A stretch of DNA of 52,473 nucleotides, counting the filler, from Sphacelaria rigidula (lineage: Eukaryota): assembly GCA_964200075.2 (NCBI GenBank). It is 4 parts of 4 records of this genome, joined end to end, with 100 filler letters (N's around TTAATTAATTAA, not from the genome) between each part and the next. Parts side by side here need not be neighbours in the genome. Positions count along the whole stretch, not along the records: positions 13,146 to 26,189 come from CAXNAA020003209.1; 3 more parts are not named here. One strand, written 5' to 3'. The notes beneath the pieces were generated by a model. The model had not been told where the DNA came from. It did no database searches and worked only from the letters and a program-made list of their open reading frames with translations. Each line of letters begins with the position of its first letter. Position 1 is the first letter of the stretch. This document shows positions 13,146 to 26,189 of the stretch, in pieces. The translations under genes were made by a program, and so were the position numbers.

Positions 13146-13269
13146 GTGTTTTATAGCGTCATCGCCAAGCGACGCCAACCCCATCGGGGGTCCGCCCCTA
13201 CAAAGCCGGGACGGAGCACGCCGGGTTCTCGCCGGACCAGGCGAAGGCGTACTCATTTGTTGCTTGCCT

Positions 13270-13430
13270 TAGTCGTTTGACCATTGACCACGGGGGGTGG
13301 GGAGGGGGGGCAGGGGCGTACTCATTTATTTCTTGCCTCAGTTGTTCGACCATTGCCCACACATCCCTTTCGAGACGGAACACTGTTCGTACTCCAAATA
13401 GATTGTTCGGCTCGAGGTGTACTGATTATT
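13270..13430. repeat. Dispersed repeat, related to 32643-32705
   Basis: AGTCGTTTGACCATTGACCACG...TTTCGAGACGGARCACYGTTCSTACTCC is shared with 32643-32705 on another contig; locally duplicated at 13250-13300 / 13320-13360. Confidence 0.55.
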
Positions 13431-14066
13431 TTGCATGCGGATGACGACCTCCAATGAGTTGCTTCATTCTCTGGTGTCGCCACTTCCAGAGCCAGCCCGG
13501 GTTCCACGCTGCCTCATGGATGTCTCACCATTCAAACACTGTAACACGATCGTCCCCTTTACGCGGAGTTGATGTTCTCCACCCCGCACCATATGATCTG
13601 ACTCGACCACCACCATGGTTACCGCAAAAAAAAAAGCAAAACAAACGGTAATCTGGTTGCCTAGCTTACGCAATGAGTGGAATGTTTCACAGCGTCGTTG
13701 CCAACCGACACCAACCCTCTAAGGAGGAGGGGCGGGTGATTGGGTGCGCTGACGGATGAACGGGTGTGATGATGAGGTATGAAATATGCACGTAATCATA
13801 TACTTCAATGGCGCAATGCGAGAACTGTTTTGAGATTTTTAGTGTCCAATTTTAGTTGTAGAGTCGGGTGGTTGACAACAGAGAGAGGGAGGAGATTAAT
13901 GGCGAACTCGCCTGATGATACCAACGCGAAACATTTGTCAAAAAGACTGACGATTCCCACAGACATCATCATCATTCCGGACTCAACGCTGCAACGTTCC
14001 CCCGCAGCGATGCCGTCATGGATGGGGATGATAACTCTACGATATTGTTTTTCGCACTCTGCCAAC

Positions 14067-14338
14067 CCCCTCCTTTCCTCGGGACCAGTCCGCGGTCATA
14101 AGGTACCAACTCATCTCTGCCCCGGTGCACGCCGTTCATTTTGATGCGACGGATTGGATCAGCACTCCCGCCCCGCGTGGACTCTCGTCAAATAAACTAG
14201 TTGTGCTCCTCAAGTTCTCACGTTTCCAACAGCGGAAATCAGAGGCTTTTCAGAGAAAACCCAAAATGCACCTGTGGGACATCAACCCTGCATTTTTCCG
14301 ACCTGGTGGGGGGAGCTGTATCATCAGATCACCGGGGC
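14067..14338 (-). mobile_element. tRNA-derived SINE copy (diverged)
   Basis: Body CGGATTGGATCAGCACTCCCGC..CTCTCGTCAAA..CTCACGTTTC..GGAAATCAGA and end CACCGGGGC match the copy at 20395-20722. Confidence 0.6.
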
Positions 14339-14569
14339 TCCGAACACGAACTCCCAAAACAAATCCGTAACGCAGCGATTTTACGAGAAGAAGATACAGC
14401 AAAATATGTCTCTCTCGATTCTACGTCTACGTGCGGTACGTGGTTCGCGAGGTCATACAGTCCGGCAAAAACTACGTTAGCGTGCGATCAACCACCATAT
14501 TCTGTCCCACTAGAAGCATCATCTCTTCATCCGGGGATCTCCTGCAATAACACCCATCCATTCACCCAC

Positions 14570-17500
14570 CTGCAAGGGTTAAAAACGGTAGGCCGCCCGC
14601 CAGGGCGTCCGTCGCCGTAGAGTGTGCGCCGTAGGTAAGCGTATCCAGGAATAGATCAGCAGCGGCGTGGCGCGAGAGATGCTGCGTCCTTGGTACCCTC
14701 TTCGCGAACATTAGACGCCGTCGGTGCACCCCGTATCCCTCTGCTTCATCTCCCAGGCGCTTGCAGATCGCTTCGTTCTGAGTGTGTCGTCAGCGGACCG
14801 CGCGAAAGTGCGCCGTCGGCGTTTACTCAGAACAATGAAGGTCTATTTTTGCTTTCTGGCGATTTGTGTCACCCCGAATGATATTTAACTGCTGCGTTTT
14901 CTTCAAATTCATCACAACATAGTTATGGAAAGCGTATGTAGGCGAGTGTGCCTCAACATCATCTGGGGTGGCGGGGGCGTGGAATTGTGCCACCGGGTAG
15001 CAGTGAGGGTAGTTAGTCCCTCATAGCACCAAAACTGCAGGGCTCAAACTCCTGTGGGTATAGCCAGACCAGAGTGTTCTGCCATAGCTAAGGTGAGACA
15101 ACCATTTCTCCCTGCTGATGAGTTCTAGGCCGCGAGGCTGTGTTCGTCGGGGTCCTTAACAAAACGCGGCACGATTCACTGCCGTGTTGAACTCCAGACA
15201 AAAACGCGGTCTCACCATTTCAAATAAGTCGAAGCTCGTCGGCAACGGCATGCTACCCGCCAACAAAAACCACCTCGGGGGCACGAGAACCGAAGACCAT
15301 CACTCCGTGTGCAAATGTGTCTACCCACCTCGCGCTGCATAGAGCTGGGCTCAAGCAGCCACAACACAGCCCGCGGCACTCGCCTCATTATTTGCATCCA
15401 CAAATAAAACGATTCTGGGCCCAGCTTGTCCACTTTATTAAAATTGGCGAGTACCACGAATGACAGATCCTCCGGTAGGCTGTGTGCACGCCTGTTAAAC
15501 CACGAGATGGAATAGAACCGAGAGGGGTAGAGGGGTGATCAATTTCCTTACAGGTGGACCACAACACAAGGGCCGACATGGGTTGTGTACGGATGTAACT
15601 GTTAGATACTTTGGGGGGGGGGGAGCCATACGCGTATACTTTCCTCGGAAATGTATGTCCGGAAATGCTTTGCGGAGGACACAGTCGAAGTTGACTGTAC
15701 GATGTATTCTACATAGAACAACACCGCACAGCAGACCCGATACGACGTGAGAACTGCTCAGTCAGGTTCCAGTCAAGCATTTTAACTGGAAAAATTAATG
15801 CTTCACCACAACGTTTCGAGCCGGTATCAGGGAACCGTGGGATACAATATATCTCCCATGAGCCACGACTAAGCATGCCCCCAGTCGTCCATCAAGTGCC
15901 AGAGACTCCAGAAGGTCAATTACCGTAAAGCTCTTCTCTCTGTATTATTCATCCTGGCTGTGGCATCGGTAGCTGTGACCCCCTCAGATGCGGCAGTCCA
16001 CCTGCGATCCTCATAGAAGTTCGTCTGGTACGTCCAAGGGAGCAAGACAAGGCTCTCCGAGTAGTGATTCACGTGCTCCGGCGGGATTACCTGCAAATTT
16101 TGTTTTTTGTTTTGTGTGCGTTTCCTGATCCATTCTTGGGTTCAACTTGCTACAACTTGCTGAGCTGGAGATAATCTCCTGCGCTTCCCTAGGGTTCGGA
16201 ACGAAGGTTGTCCGCACTGATACCAAGGATACCGGGGAGGATTACGACTATGCAGTACCGTTTTCAAGCCCCGGCTCAACGCAATGACCCGCGATGTTCG
16301 GCGCAGATACAGAGAGCATCAGGTTGGCAAAACCTTGGGCTCAGACAGCCTTCTTGCGCGCTCTGTGTGACCCTTTGCGCGCCCACAAACAACACTGGTT
16401 TCAAGTACATACTCACGTGTCGGTCTGCCAGAAGGTAATCCACGTACGGGGCGCCGCTTGTGCCCGGAAAAATCAAGTAGCTGGCCTGTGCCAGCGTCAG
16501 AACACGACATCCGGTTCCGTCGGCAAGGGTAAGCGCTTTTACCCCGCGCAACTGTTGCTACTGTAGTAGGCGACTACGTCTGATCGAACTCAAAGCAGAG
16601 TGACTATTGCACAGCCCTATATAGCAACCAGTCGGACAACTCGCTGAACCTAGCAGCACTTACGATGTGTATGACACGTTTCCTTGACGGTCCCATACAA
16701 ACACTTTTCGAAGATGTAGATTGCTGCAGTTCTGATCGCGTTCATATCGCCCGCTACACCAGCGAAGTTTACCTGTATAGGCGCTGGTCGTGCAGCTGCT
16801 ATTTCGCTCCTGCCTCCCAGCGTATGTCCCTGAAGATCCAACAATATATTTACGCCGTCTCCCAGGATTTTTGCGGACGCCTCAGCGTGGCCCACGGGAT
16901 ACAGATCTACAAAGGAAGACGCGAGCAACTGGATGGATTCGCGAACTGCTGAGGTCGTCCCCGTTCTGCTCCTATTCGTGGCGTTACTGGAACTGTCTTC
17001 ACGGTCGCTGCTACTTCCCCCCCCTCCATAGCTGTATGCTGAATATCTGAGCGAGACGCCCACGAATTCCGGGGCGGCACCGGGGGCGAGATGGAGGAGC
17101 ACATGTGCACGATGGGGGTGGATATAGGGACGGCGTAAGCGAGGCAGCGAAAGCGATACATTCCGTGTGCATTTTTTTACATTTGGTGAGCCCCTGGTAT
17201 CCTCTTCACCGTATTTGTGACAACCGTGTCCCATATTTATTCTGCAAAATTGAGGTACCGACTCGTACCAACCACTTACTGCTTGTTGTGACCGTTTTAA
17301 TTTTACATCCAAACGCCGTATCAAGCTTTCTGGCGGATTTCACGAGAATGGCGCAATGTCATCTGCACTGCCCGACCGAAACACCTCCGCGCTTTTCTTG
17401 CTCGCACTTCCACTATCGTTTGCACACCGTCCCGGCCCTAAACTTCACAGGAAAAGTATTTATTTTGTGTCGTCTGGTCGCATCCGCCCACTTTGCATAC

Positions 17501-20500
17501 CTGCAGCAACTCGCTAGCGTGCTATGAGTGATATCCACATCACCAGCGGAGTGAAATGCCGTCATTTCCCCTTCATCTGCTTTCTCCACTGCTTCGATCA
17601 CCGACGGCGGCCGTTGCCACTGCCTTCCACCGCCAAACGCGCTCCGCCGCCCCCCCCCTTGAGAATTATTGACGGGCGTCGTAGAAAAACGTTTCTGCCA
17701 AACAAATGCCCCTTCCATCATGTGCGCCGTTGGATGCTCACTGAAGTCATGCCCAAGGAAACCTATGTCGAGAGTGGGTGCCCTTCCTTTCCCCATATAA
17801 ACTCCCCTTTCTCTACCCCGGTTAGTACTGTCGTCAGATTTCGCCTCGCCATCTCTCATGGGATGTATGTCTACCCCAGCATTTCCTGGGTATGTGCGAT
17901 TTTCAACGGATGCACGATAGTGCTCATCGTATTCCACACCGCTTGGCATATCCGTTGTTTTTTTTGTGTATCTTCTGGAGTGAGCCTCCGCGATTTTGCG
18001 GCGCCACTTGGCGTCAATGGGATAGGGCAGCAGGAGGGAATCGAACGGTAGCAGGGACGGTGGGCGTTCGGCTCCCAGCTGGTGCATGTCCACCTGCATA
18101 TGTTGTGTTGTCGGCGATATTCGTTTTCAGCCGCAGAATCGACGAAGGTTGTAATACGACAAATTACAGTAGTTGACGAGAGCGAACAAGATAGATGCAG
18201 CGGAGTCGTCTAAACAAGGTGGGCAGTAGCAAGTACATTTTCCCGTGGGGGTAAGCAGGGTAGGCATGGTACAGTGAGAACCGGGAACGCGAACGATTAA
18301 CGAAATTAGTACAAGTGTTGCGGTGAAGGTGAGGAACATGATCGATGTGCGAGGCATACTTTTACTCCGACACACAAGACAGCTTGAGCCAGGCAGCGCA
18401 GCTGTGCCAATCAGTGCATGGCGTTACCCGAGTGTGACTCACTTCTCTCTTGAGATCGGAAAGAAGGTTCTCCCAGTCGCGCCAGTCGCACGAAGCCTTA
18501 CGAGCCCTTCAGAAATTGCATATGGGGCGTACATGTAGAAGGAACAATATCATCAGTCGGTGTGGCATAGGTTTGATGTAGCAGATCATGCAGGGCGGGT
18601 TCAGCGTGGGGACAGGAATAAACGAGCAAGCGAGTGTGCAACATAATCTCCAACAGCGACGTAGAGAGAGAAGGGCGAAGTGGCACGCAGTTTCTCTTTG
18701 CCAGGAGGACAGCTCAGGATATCTGATCCGCCAATATTCCTTGGTCGACGGCCGGCGTCACTCCCGACCCTTTGGAGCCGAGGAACTTTTGGACATGGCT
18801 AACGTCACGGGGCGGATTTAGATTTTCTGGTGAAACGTGGTCCTTAGAATTTTCCGGAAATTTATTAACTAAGGGGTACACACTGAACGAAATGACACAC
18901 AGTTTTCGGATTGGTCAATGCTCTTGGCTGGTTGCTCGGCTGATTTCTCGGATTGGCCGAAGATAAGCTGGATCGGCAATGACGTCATTCATTCTGAGTA
19001 TTTTTTTCTCATGGACTGACGTCATGTCTCAATTATTTTGAGAAACATTCTTGCCGAGGAAAATTCGAAAAGATATCTCGGTCGGTTAAGATTGCGACGT
19101 GATATTGTGACAAAATATATCAGATTATGATGAGTCGGCCAAAAACACGATACACAAAAAAAGACGTGACATTTGATATTATGAACTGCGAGTATCGTCC
19201 ACCCGGCATTGCAGAGAAATGCGTCTCACCCGTGTCTATGGGTTGAGTAAGGGTATCGGGGCAAGAGTCGAAGGTGAAAGCATTGGCGGGAAAAACTCAC
19301 GCATGCACAGTCTTGCACTGCGGCTTCAACACCGCCAGTACAGTCCTGTGATCACAACGGTGTGTTACGTAGACATCTACCCTGTAAGGTCTGTCGATTT
19401 TGTACCGAGCTTTACACTGCAGTAGTGTATCACTCATGTTTTGGTAATTGACACTATGTTCTGAGCACACCAGAAAAGGAAACGAGCACCCACAAATGCT
19501 CCTGGTGGTCCACCGCTCGTCTGTCAGGTGCACGCAAGTCTGCCGCAGCTTCTTTGCGGGCAGAAACACGATGGTTTCTATGTTGGTATCCTTCCGTTAG
19601 CCTCGCGTGTTTCACCCCGATGGCGTTACGGTGTGCAGAGATTTTCCGCCTAAAGTTGCGGCGCGAATTTCTTCGCACATGCCAGGACGTGCATATGGAC
19701 ATCTACATCGTGGCATACCATGGGGATTTCAAAGCTAAACAAAGAAATGGAAACGGTCCCCTGCATGATCGATTGTCGGCAAAATTTGGACCTTAAACGG
19801 ATAGGCTTGCGAGCGGCGTTCCCCTGGGGATCTCTGATGCGACCATGGTGAGATCGGATCATTCGCCGTACATTTTCCTATTGATGTGGACATTTCAACT
19901 CTGAATCAGTGAACGCTCACTTGTTCAGGTATTAAATGTCCGCTCGTGGACCAAAACAATCGCCGTGAAAGCATGCAGAAACATCAGACACACCAGCCGA
20001 TGGGTATACATTCCCGCGTATAGGCAGCAGAATATGTTGACTTGCCTATGCATGTTAACCATAGTGTCGATGTAGACATCTCGTTCCCCATTTGCCCCCC
20101 CCCGCGTTGGTTTCTCCTTCACTTGTGCCCCCAGCAGCGCCAACACCGCCCGGTGTTCTTCCTTGGCTAGCGTATGATCGCCCATCTGGTACAAAGCAGT
20201 CCCCAAGTTATTTCTGATTTAACAACAAAAGAGAGCATCGAGGATGTCGAGAAAAACTGATTTACTCGTGGGGGAAACAGGCGAATCTCAACCGGATAAG
20301 GTAAGTCGCACTCGAAGCGAACCGAGCACTCTCTTCGACTGGATCAAAACTGCATGTACCGCCGCACTTACTCGCAGCACGAACGATTTCGCCAATTATT
20401 ATTTTTTATTAATTGGTTAATTAGTTTATTTATCGCACTTTGAACCCCTCCTCTTTATCAGGACGAGTCCGTCGTCTCAAGGGATCGAGCTATCTCTCCC

Positions 20501-23500
20501 CGGTACATACCTTGCATATTGGTCTCGCGGATTGAGTCAGCACTCCCGCACCGCATCAACTTTCGTCAAACAGTCTGAGGCGACCGCTTTTTGTTTACTC
20601 ACGTACTCACGCTTTCGGCGGTGAAAATCAGATAGTTCGAAGACAAAACCTAACGCATCGGGAATCGAACCTCCGTTCTCTGCATCCTTATGGTGGCAGT
20701 CGGGCCATTACACCACCGGGGCGCGGCGGCATATTAAGCTGAATGAGGCCACCTTCACCCATCCGAATGAACTGGAGTGCTCACGTATGTCCACCGGCTT
20801 TAACTCCAGATCGCGGGAACAGTATTCGAGCACCAGTTCGGTGAGACCAATGCTTATGCACAGACGTGCATCATTACTACCCGCGCGCTTTTCTATTCGT
20901 CTGGCGATATTGTTTCAGCTGCCGAGCCAAGCGTGATGCGGAGCCGCGTAAAGCGCGTCATTCTATAAGCGCAACAAGGGACTGTTGAGAGGTAGTGGAG
21001 GGCGGACAGGTCGATCGCGCCAACGTCACCACCGCCGACGGTGTTGTCACGCACAAGCGGGTTGTGTGAACGGCGCTAAACCGAGCGGAAGAGACCACTC
21101 CACAAAATACGCAGCACGTTGAGTGGAGCGTTACCTTAGCATGACCATCAATTCGTCATCGTCGGAGTCGATCATGTGCACTGTATTCCTGTACAGGTCC
21201 ACGGCATCGCGTATTTTGCCGTACCGATGATGCAGGGCTGCCAGGTTCAGCGCTGCGCCGACGTTCTACGAAGCCATTGTCATCACCAACAGCACACGGT
21301 CGATCAACAACGCGTTAGTACTCATAGTATACCCCCAAAATGGGGTAGGTGTTTCGTCCACTGCAAGGTGGAGCCGGCGTCTCGGTGCCGAGTCTCCGTT
21401 GCTCGTACAGTAATATGCTACATGTTTCGCACCACACTGGTTAGTGAACCTGAAGCAACGGTAGTAGCTGACCGTAAATATTACCTCAACGACAGTACCC
21501 GGGAAACGTCGCGCCACGCTGGTTGACTAGCATGCCGCTCGCCCCGTGAAATCAAGTGATATTGAGCCAGGCTAGTTCCACGGTGGAGGGCTACGTTGGA
21601 AATTCAGATGATACTTCTTCCTATCGGCTATCTTACATACCACGACCGTTGATTGTATATCCTGCATATGTGTGCACCGGTATCACCGCAGAAGATTGTG
21701 CTACTCGTTGCAAATCATCGGGTTGATACATCGTGCACGGAATTCAAGATGGTGCATTTGCAAATAACACTTATCATCACTGCACCTGAGGATCAAATTC
21801 CAGAGCAGCCATGAAACTTCGTGCTGCATCTTGACCGTTCCCGGCACTCTGCAGCGCAACGCCCAAGTGAAAGTGAAGTTCCGCATCTTCCGGGTATAGG
21901 TCGAGCGCAAGCTCAAAGATCTCAGCCGCCTAGCGCAGGGTTGGTGGCAAAAACACAATAACATTGTTGTCAGTTCATGTGCTTAGAATAAAGGTTAGTT
22001 CGTTGTGAGTCTCTACGAGTTGATGTGATGGAACTGTCCCGTCGCTCGCATTGAGTCAGATTTTTTTACGAGATGTTGCATCAAAATGGTCTGCAACTGT
22101 CGTCCCTTTTATCCACGTCATTATAGGGATAGGGAAAGCTGATCCATCATAACTAACCGAGACCAGAGCCGCCAGCTACATTCGGAATGGCCAGGAGCAC
22201 AACAGTGGCTGTTGGCACGTCCAGGACACATACCTCAGCGTTACGCCCGCGGTAGTGCAAGTGAAGACCGAGATTATTGTGACCCCATCGATGTGTAGGT
22301 TCTACCTCAAGAGTCCTGCGGAACAATGCCTCCACCACCGTATCAACCGCAGCCAGGGTCTTCCGTCCAACACCAGCGGTTACGTTGCGTTTGGTGGTGT
22401 CCTTTCCTTGAAGGGTGTCAGACGGCATGAGACCGAGACTCGTCGTGACACGTACCCGATCCGCTGGTGCCAAAGTCGAAAGTGCGGATGCAATGTTGTT
22501 GGTGGCGTCTGCGTGTGCCGAGTCTGTTGACGGATCGCGTGGTCAACGAAGGGGTGCTGCGCTGAATGTAGGCGTGCGGCAAAATGCGTTGTGACTCATA
22601 CTTTTCCATTCTCACGGCGTGGTGCTTTCCTATCCCCCCCTCTCGTTAGAGTAAGCTGTATATTTTTGTAGGGCTGTGTATGGGTCGTTTCATGAATACA
22701 ATATGTATTCAAGATTGATCCAGCCAATACCCCCGCGCCCCGGCAGTCTCACGGATACATCTTGAAGCCGGTGAGAGCGACATTGAGGAGTTCGAACCTC
22801 AGAAAATACAATACCATACGTCCTTTTCTCAGGAGCATCTGATCTGCGGTGAAAACAACGTGAGGACGTGAGGACCACAATCCGACGACAGTCGACGCAG
22901 TGCGGAATTGCTAGTCCGGCAGGCCATGCGAACGTGTCGGACACGTGCCGAGGGACAGGCGAGTTGGTCCCTTGAAACTACGAACTATTTCCGAGGAAAA
23001 GAAGGAATCCAATTTTTGACGAAAAAAAAAGAAGATACATTTGAATCAGCAGCAGTCCCCAACATAGTGTTTCGGGGTGCATTGGTGCGGTGGTGGCGTA
23101 GCAACCAGGGGAGGGCACAAACCCAACCAAGACGCAACACCTGGCCGGTGAGGTGGGCCTGCTAGCACCAGAAAAAACGGGCATTCCAGCTTCGTCTCTT
23201 TTTTAAATAGACTTCATTACTGACTGTCCAAGGACAGGTTTTTCCGTGTACAAAGCTATAATTCTGCCAAGGCTTTTCACGGGAAAACGGGACGGGGAAA
23301 ATTTCCGTCTAAAAAAATAATGACGGGGGATGGGAAGGAAAAGCGGAGTGTCGGGACGGGACGCGTCCCATTGTCACGGAAAGGAGTAAGTATCTTTCAG
23401 CACAATTCTCGTCCCATCGTCCAGCGAAAATGAAGACGGTCCCGTCATATTCTCGTTCTGCCCCGTCTCGTCGCCACAGGAAATGTATGCCCCAAACCCG

Positions 23501-25562
23501 AAATGTGTGCGCTGAGGCCAGAAAAGTGTGCAAGCGATGCCTTCGCTCGTCAACAAAAAGACAATATAGTAGGTTTCAGTTTTTTTGTTCCAAGGACATG
23601 GCTTCTATCCAGCAAAACTTATGAATATATCTCGTCATATCTTTATTTTCCCGTGAGATTGAACAGGATTTCCCGTTCCGTTGACCTTCATGCTTCCTTC
23701 ACTTTCCTTGAGCGAGTATATATATATATATATGTATATTTATCTCGGGTGCGTCTATCGTGTAACCACGGCTGGACCCCTGGGGGATCAGTTAATGTGC
23801 GACAATCAATCAAACCAATCCTAGTGACAGGACGTCCAACGGGAACGGAACGGGATATCCCGTGGAACATGACGGGAAACAGCTACCAATGTCCCGTGAG
23901 GACAATCTGGGAACGGGAAGAACCAGGACGGTATCGGAACGAGACGGGAGGAGATTTTTTTCCGCTGCCACAACAATCACGGGACGGGACGGGAACTCTG
24001 AGAATATGTCGGGACAGGAAGTACGGCCCTGGAAAATCGACGAGGCGGGGCAGATATCCCGGCCCTTCTTTTTCCCGTGGGAGATGGTACCCATGAAAAA
24101 CGTGGCATTCTGCTAAAAATATGCGAGAACAAGAATGTGCGAAAGAACGTTGCCTTCAGTCGCGTTTGCCGTTCTGATGCACAAGTATGCAGTCATATAT
24201 GCTGGGAGATAATTGCTCCTGATCTAACGCCAGGGGTATACGGCAGCAGCTCCGAGTATCACAGGAAGTTGAGTGATGACAACCAAGATGTGCGTAATCG
24301 AAAAGTAATCACGAGAGTGCACATTCAATGGACCACGGTCATACCATGCGTAGCAGTATGTTGATCACTTCCAACGTTAACCCCCTGAACGTGCGGAACC
24401 CTAGTCCAGCGATACGAGGACAGCCGTTTTCTTGGCGGCTCCAAGATCGTTGTAACAAGTTTTCGGTGCTGAGACAACGGCTGCGTAAAGATAGCAGTTC
24501 CCACGCATATCGCTCTTTGAACCCCTCCCCTTCTACGGGACGACTCCGTGGTCTCAAGGGATCGACCCATCTCTTCCCGGTACATGCCTTGCATTTTGGT
24601 CTCGCGGATTGGGTCAGTACTCCCGCACAGCGTCAACTCTCGTCGAACAAACTGAGGCAACCGTTTTATGTTTACTCACGTACTCACGCTTTCGAGGGTG
24701 AAAATCAGATATTTCGAAGACAAAACCTAACGCATCCGGAATCGAACCTGCGTTCTCTTCACCCTCCTAGTACATATATATCGAGCTCTATGCGGTAAAC
24801 ACGAGCAACTGCTGTTGTTGTTGCTTACCTTAGCGACCAAAGGGATGCGTAAATGGTTGGGTGCAAGGTGTCAATAATCCGGCGTGCTCCCAATCTATTT
24901 GTCGTAATAGCTGCCTCGTAACATCGCTGACCAGGAGTAACAGTACGATACGCAGACCTCGCGACCGTTGGAAATACACGCAGCACGTACACTCCCTTGC
25001 TTACCGCAGGCGCGTCGAACAACCAACCTGCTCGTAAAGCTGCCGAGTAGTGTTCCACAGCCAACTCAAGTTCCCCCCTCGTCTGCGATATTAGCCCGAG
25101 GTAGAAATGCACGGGGGCGTACCAAGGATATCCCTTCGTGATTGTCAGCAGCTCGGTCTCTGCCCCAGCACTGATAGCGGCTGCTTCGTTTTCTTGCAAT
25201 CGAGTGGACGATATATCGATTAGCGCCAGCGCGGAGCTGACTCTTTTCTCCAACGCTCCCATTGTCATATCGGATGTTGCCTGGGCGCTTGCTGCTGCAG
25301 CAACGGGCCAGGATGAAGCGCATAGTAAAATCCCTACGGCAGGAACTGCCTCAATGGGGAGAAGCGAAGCTACTGTAGCAGGAAGTATAGTGGAAACTAT
25401 GCTATAGATGAGGTAGTAGCACCAGGACGCTGCGCGTGACTGTAAAGCGCAGTAGCAATAATACAACATCGAACGCGATCTTCCAGGGCGTGTTGTTGGC
25501 GTATATCCCGCCCTCGTATCTGTACTGCTCTGTCTGGATTGCGGGCATATTTCGCTATCCAT
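14570..25562 (-). CDS. TPR-containing glycosyltransferase family 41, O-GlcNAc transferase-like (OGT/SEC type); last exon(s) not found on this contig
   Basis: Phase-consistent exons 22523-22234, 21929-21786, 21265-21135 and 20213-20046 (TPRs, e.g. AELHFHLGVALQSAGNGQDAARSFMAALEFDP); 18506-18443 (ASCDWRDW); 18093-17501 (PSLLPFDSLL; GFLGHDFSEHPTAHMM); 17046-16773 (DGVNILLDLQGHTLGGRSEIAAARPAPIQ); 16485-16417 (YLIFPGTSGAPYVDYLLAD); 16090-15924 (PPEHVNHYSESLVLLPWTYQTN); 15491-15329 (LPED..ANFNKVDKL..WMQIMRRVPRAVLWLL); 14777-14570 (ADLFLDTLTYGAHSTATDALAGGLPFLTLAG). Probable first exon 25562-25005 (TPR HFYLGLISQTRGELELAVEHYSAAL). The exon path between 25005 and 22523 is unresolved. Confidence 0.9.
20395..20722 (-). 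mobile_element. tRNA-derived SINE, near full length
   Basis: On minus: head GCCCCGGTGGTGTAATGG (Pol III A box), GGTTCGATTCCC (B box), ~220-bp conserved body, GAGGGGTTCAAA end and an A-rich tail (ATAAATAAACTAATTAACCAATTAATAAAAAAT). Confidence 0.8.
23268..24105. mobile_element. hAT-type non-autonomous element (MITE) in an OGT intron
   Basis: Imperfect TIR CAAGGCTTTTCACGGG / CCCATGAAAAACGTGG; 8-bp flanks AATTCTGC / CATTCTGC; many CGGGAC/GTCCCG subterminal motifs. Confidence 0.7.
24518..24760 (-). mobile_element. tRNA-derived SINE copy (A box lost)
   Basis: Closely similar to 20440-20680 (GTCTCAAGGGATCGA, GGTCTCGCGGATTG, TTTACTCACGTACTCACGCTTTCG, GAAGACAAAACCTAACGCATC, GAATCGAACC). Confidence 0.8.
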
Positions 25563-26112
25563 TCGCCTACCACCTTGGCCTAAACTATTGCTCGCTTGAT
25601 TTAGTATACATCTTTTGAAGTGAGTAGTGCACGGGTGGTGTTAGAGACACGGGCGTGACAGGTGTGGCTAAGATCGTTTGGAGTGGATCATCGACGAGCA
25701 GATGGCTAGCGCACATGACCTCTGCCATGGTCCAATTTTGAACTTCGTCATACTTTAGAGTGATTGAAACGCGACACGCGCCTGACCTTGGCCTGACCTC
25801 AGCTGACCTGGTTGAGTATTATGTTTGTTCCTACCCGCAATGAAACGACACGCAGCCCAGTCAACGCACTCGATAAAGCACGGATATTAAAAACGTGCTG
25901 GTGTGCACACTGCTATGCTATGGCAAAATACCTCTGCGTGTTACACTACAATATTTTTATTGGTAATGATAATCATACTTGCCGCTGTTGTGATCAGTTT
26001 GTTTCATGACGGGCACGGCTTTGCTCGTGTGTTCCGTATACAAATTTCGACTTTACATGACTTATTTTTCTTGGAAGCATCGGAAATCGCCACCCGCATC
26101 TCAACACTGTAG

Positions 26113-26153
<41 letters not shown>

Positions 26154-26189
26154 TCGGCCCGCTATTCTCTTCTCTTTCTTTTCTTTTCC

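Noticed and set aside
13805-13912. Candidate final OGT exon (GEFAINLLPL...)
   Set aside because: The phase fits, but it lacks the expected FASRVxxSLL motif; the true 3' exon is probably off contig.
24829-24926. Possible second OGT exon (RCYEAAITT...WSLR)
   Set aside because: It has AG and GT ends, but its phase does not join exon 22523 and no convincing bridging exon was found; left unassigned.
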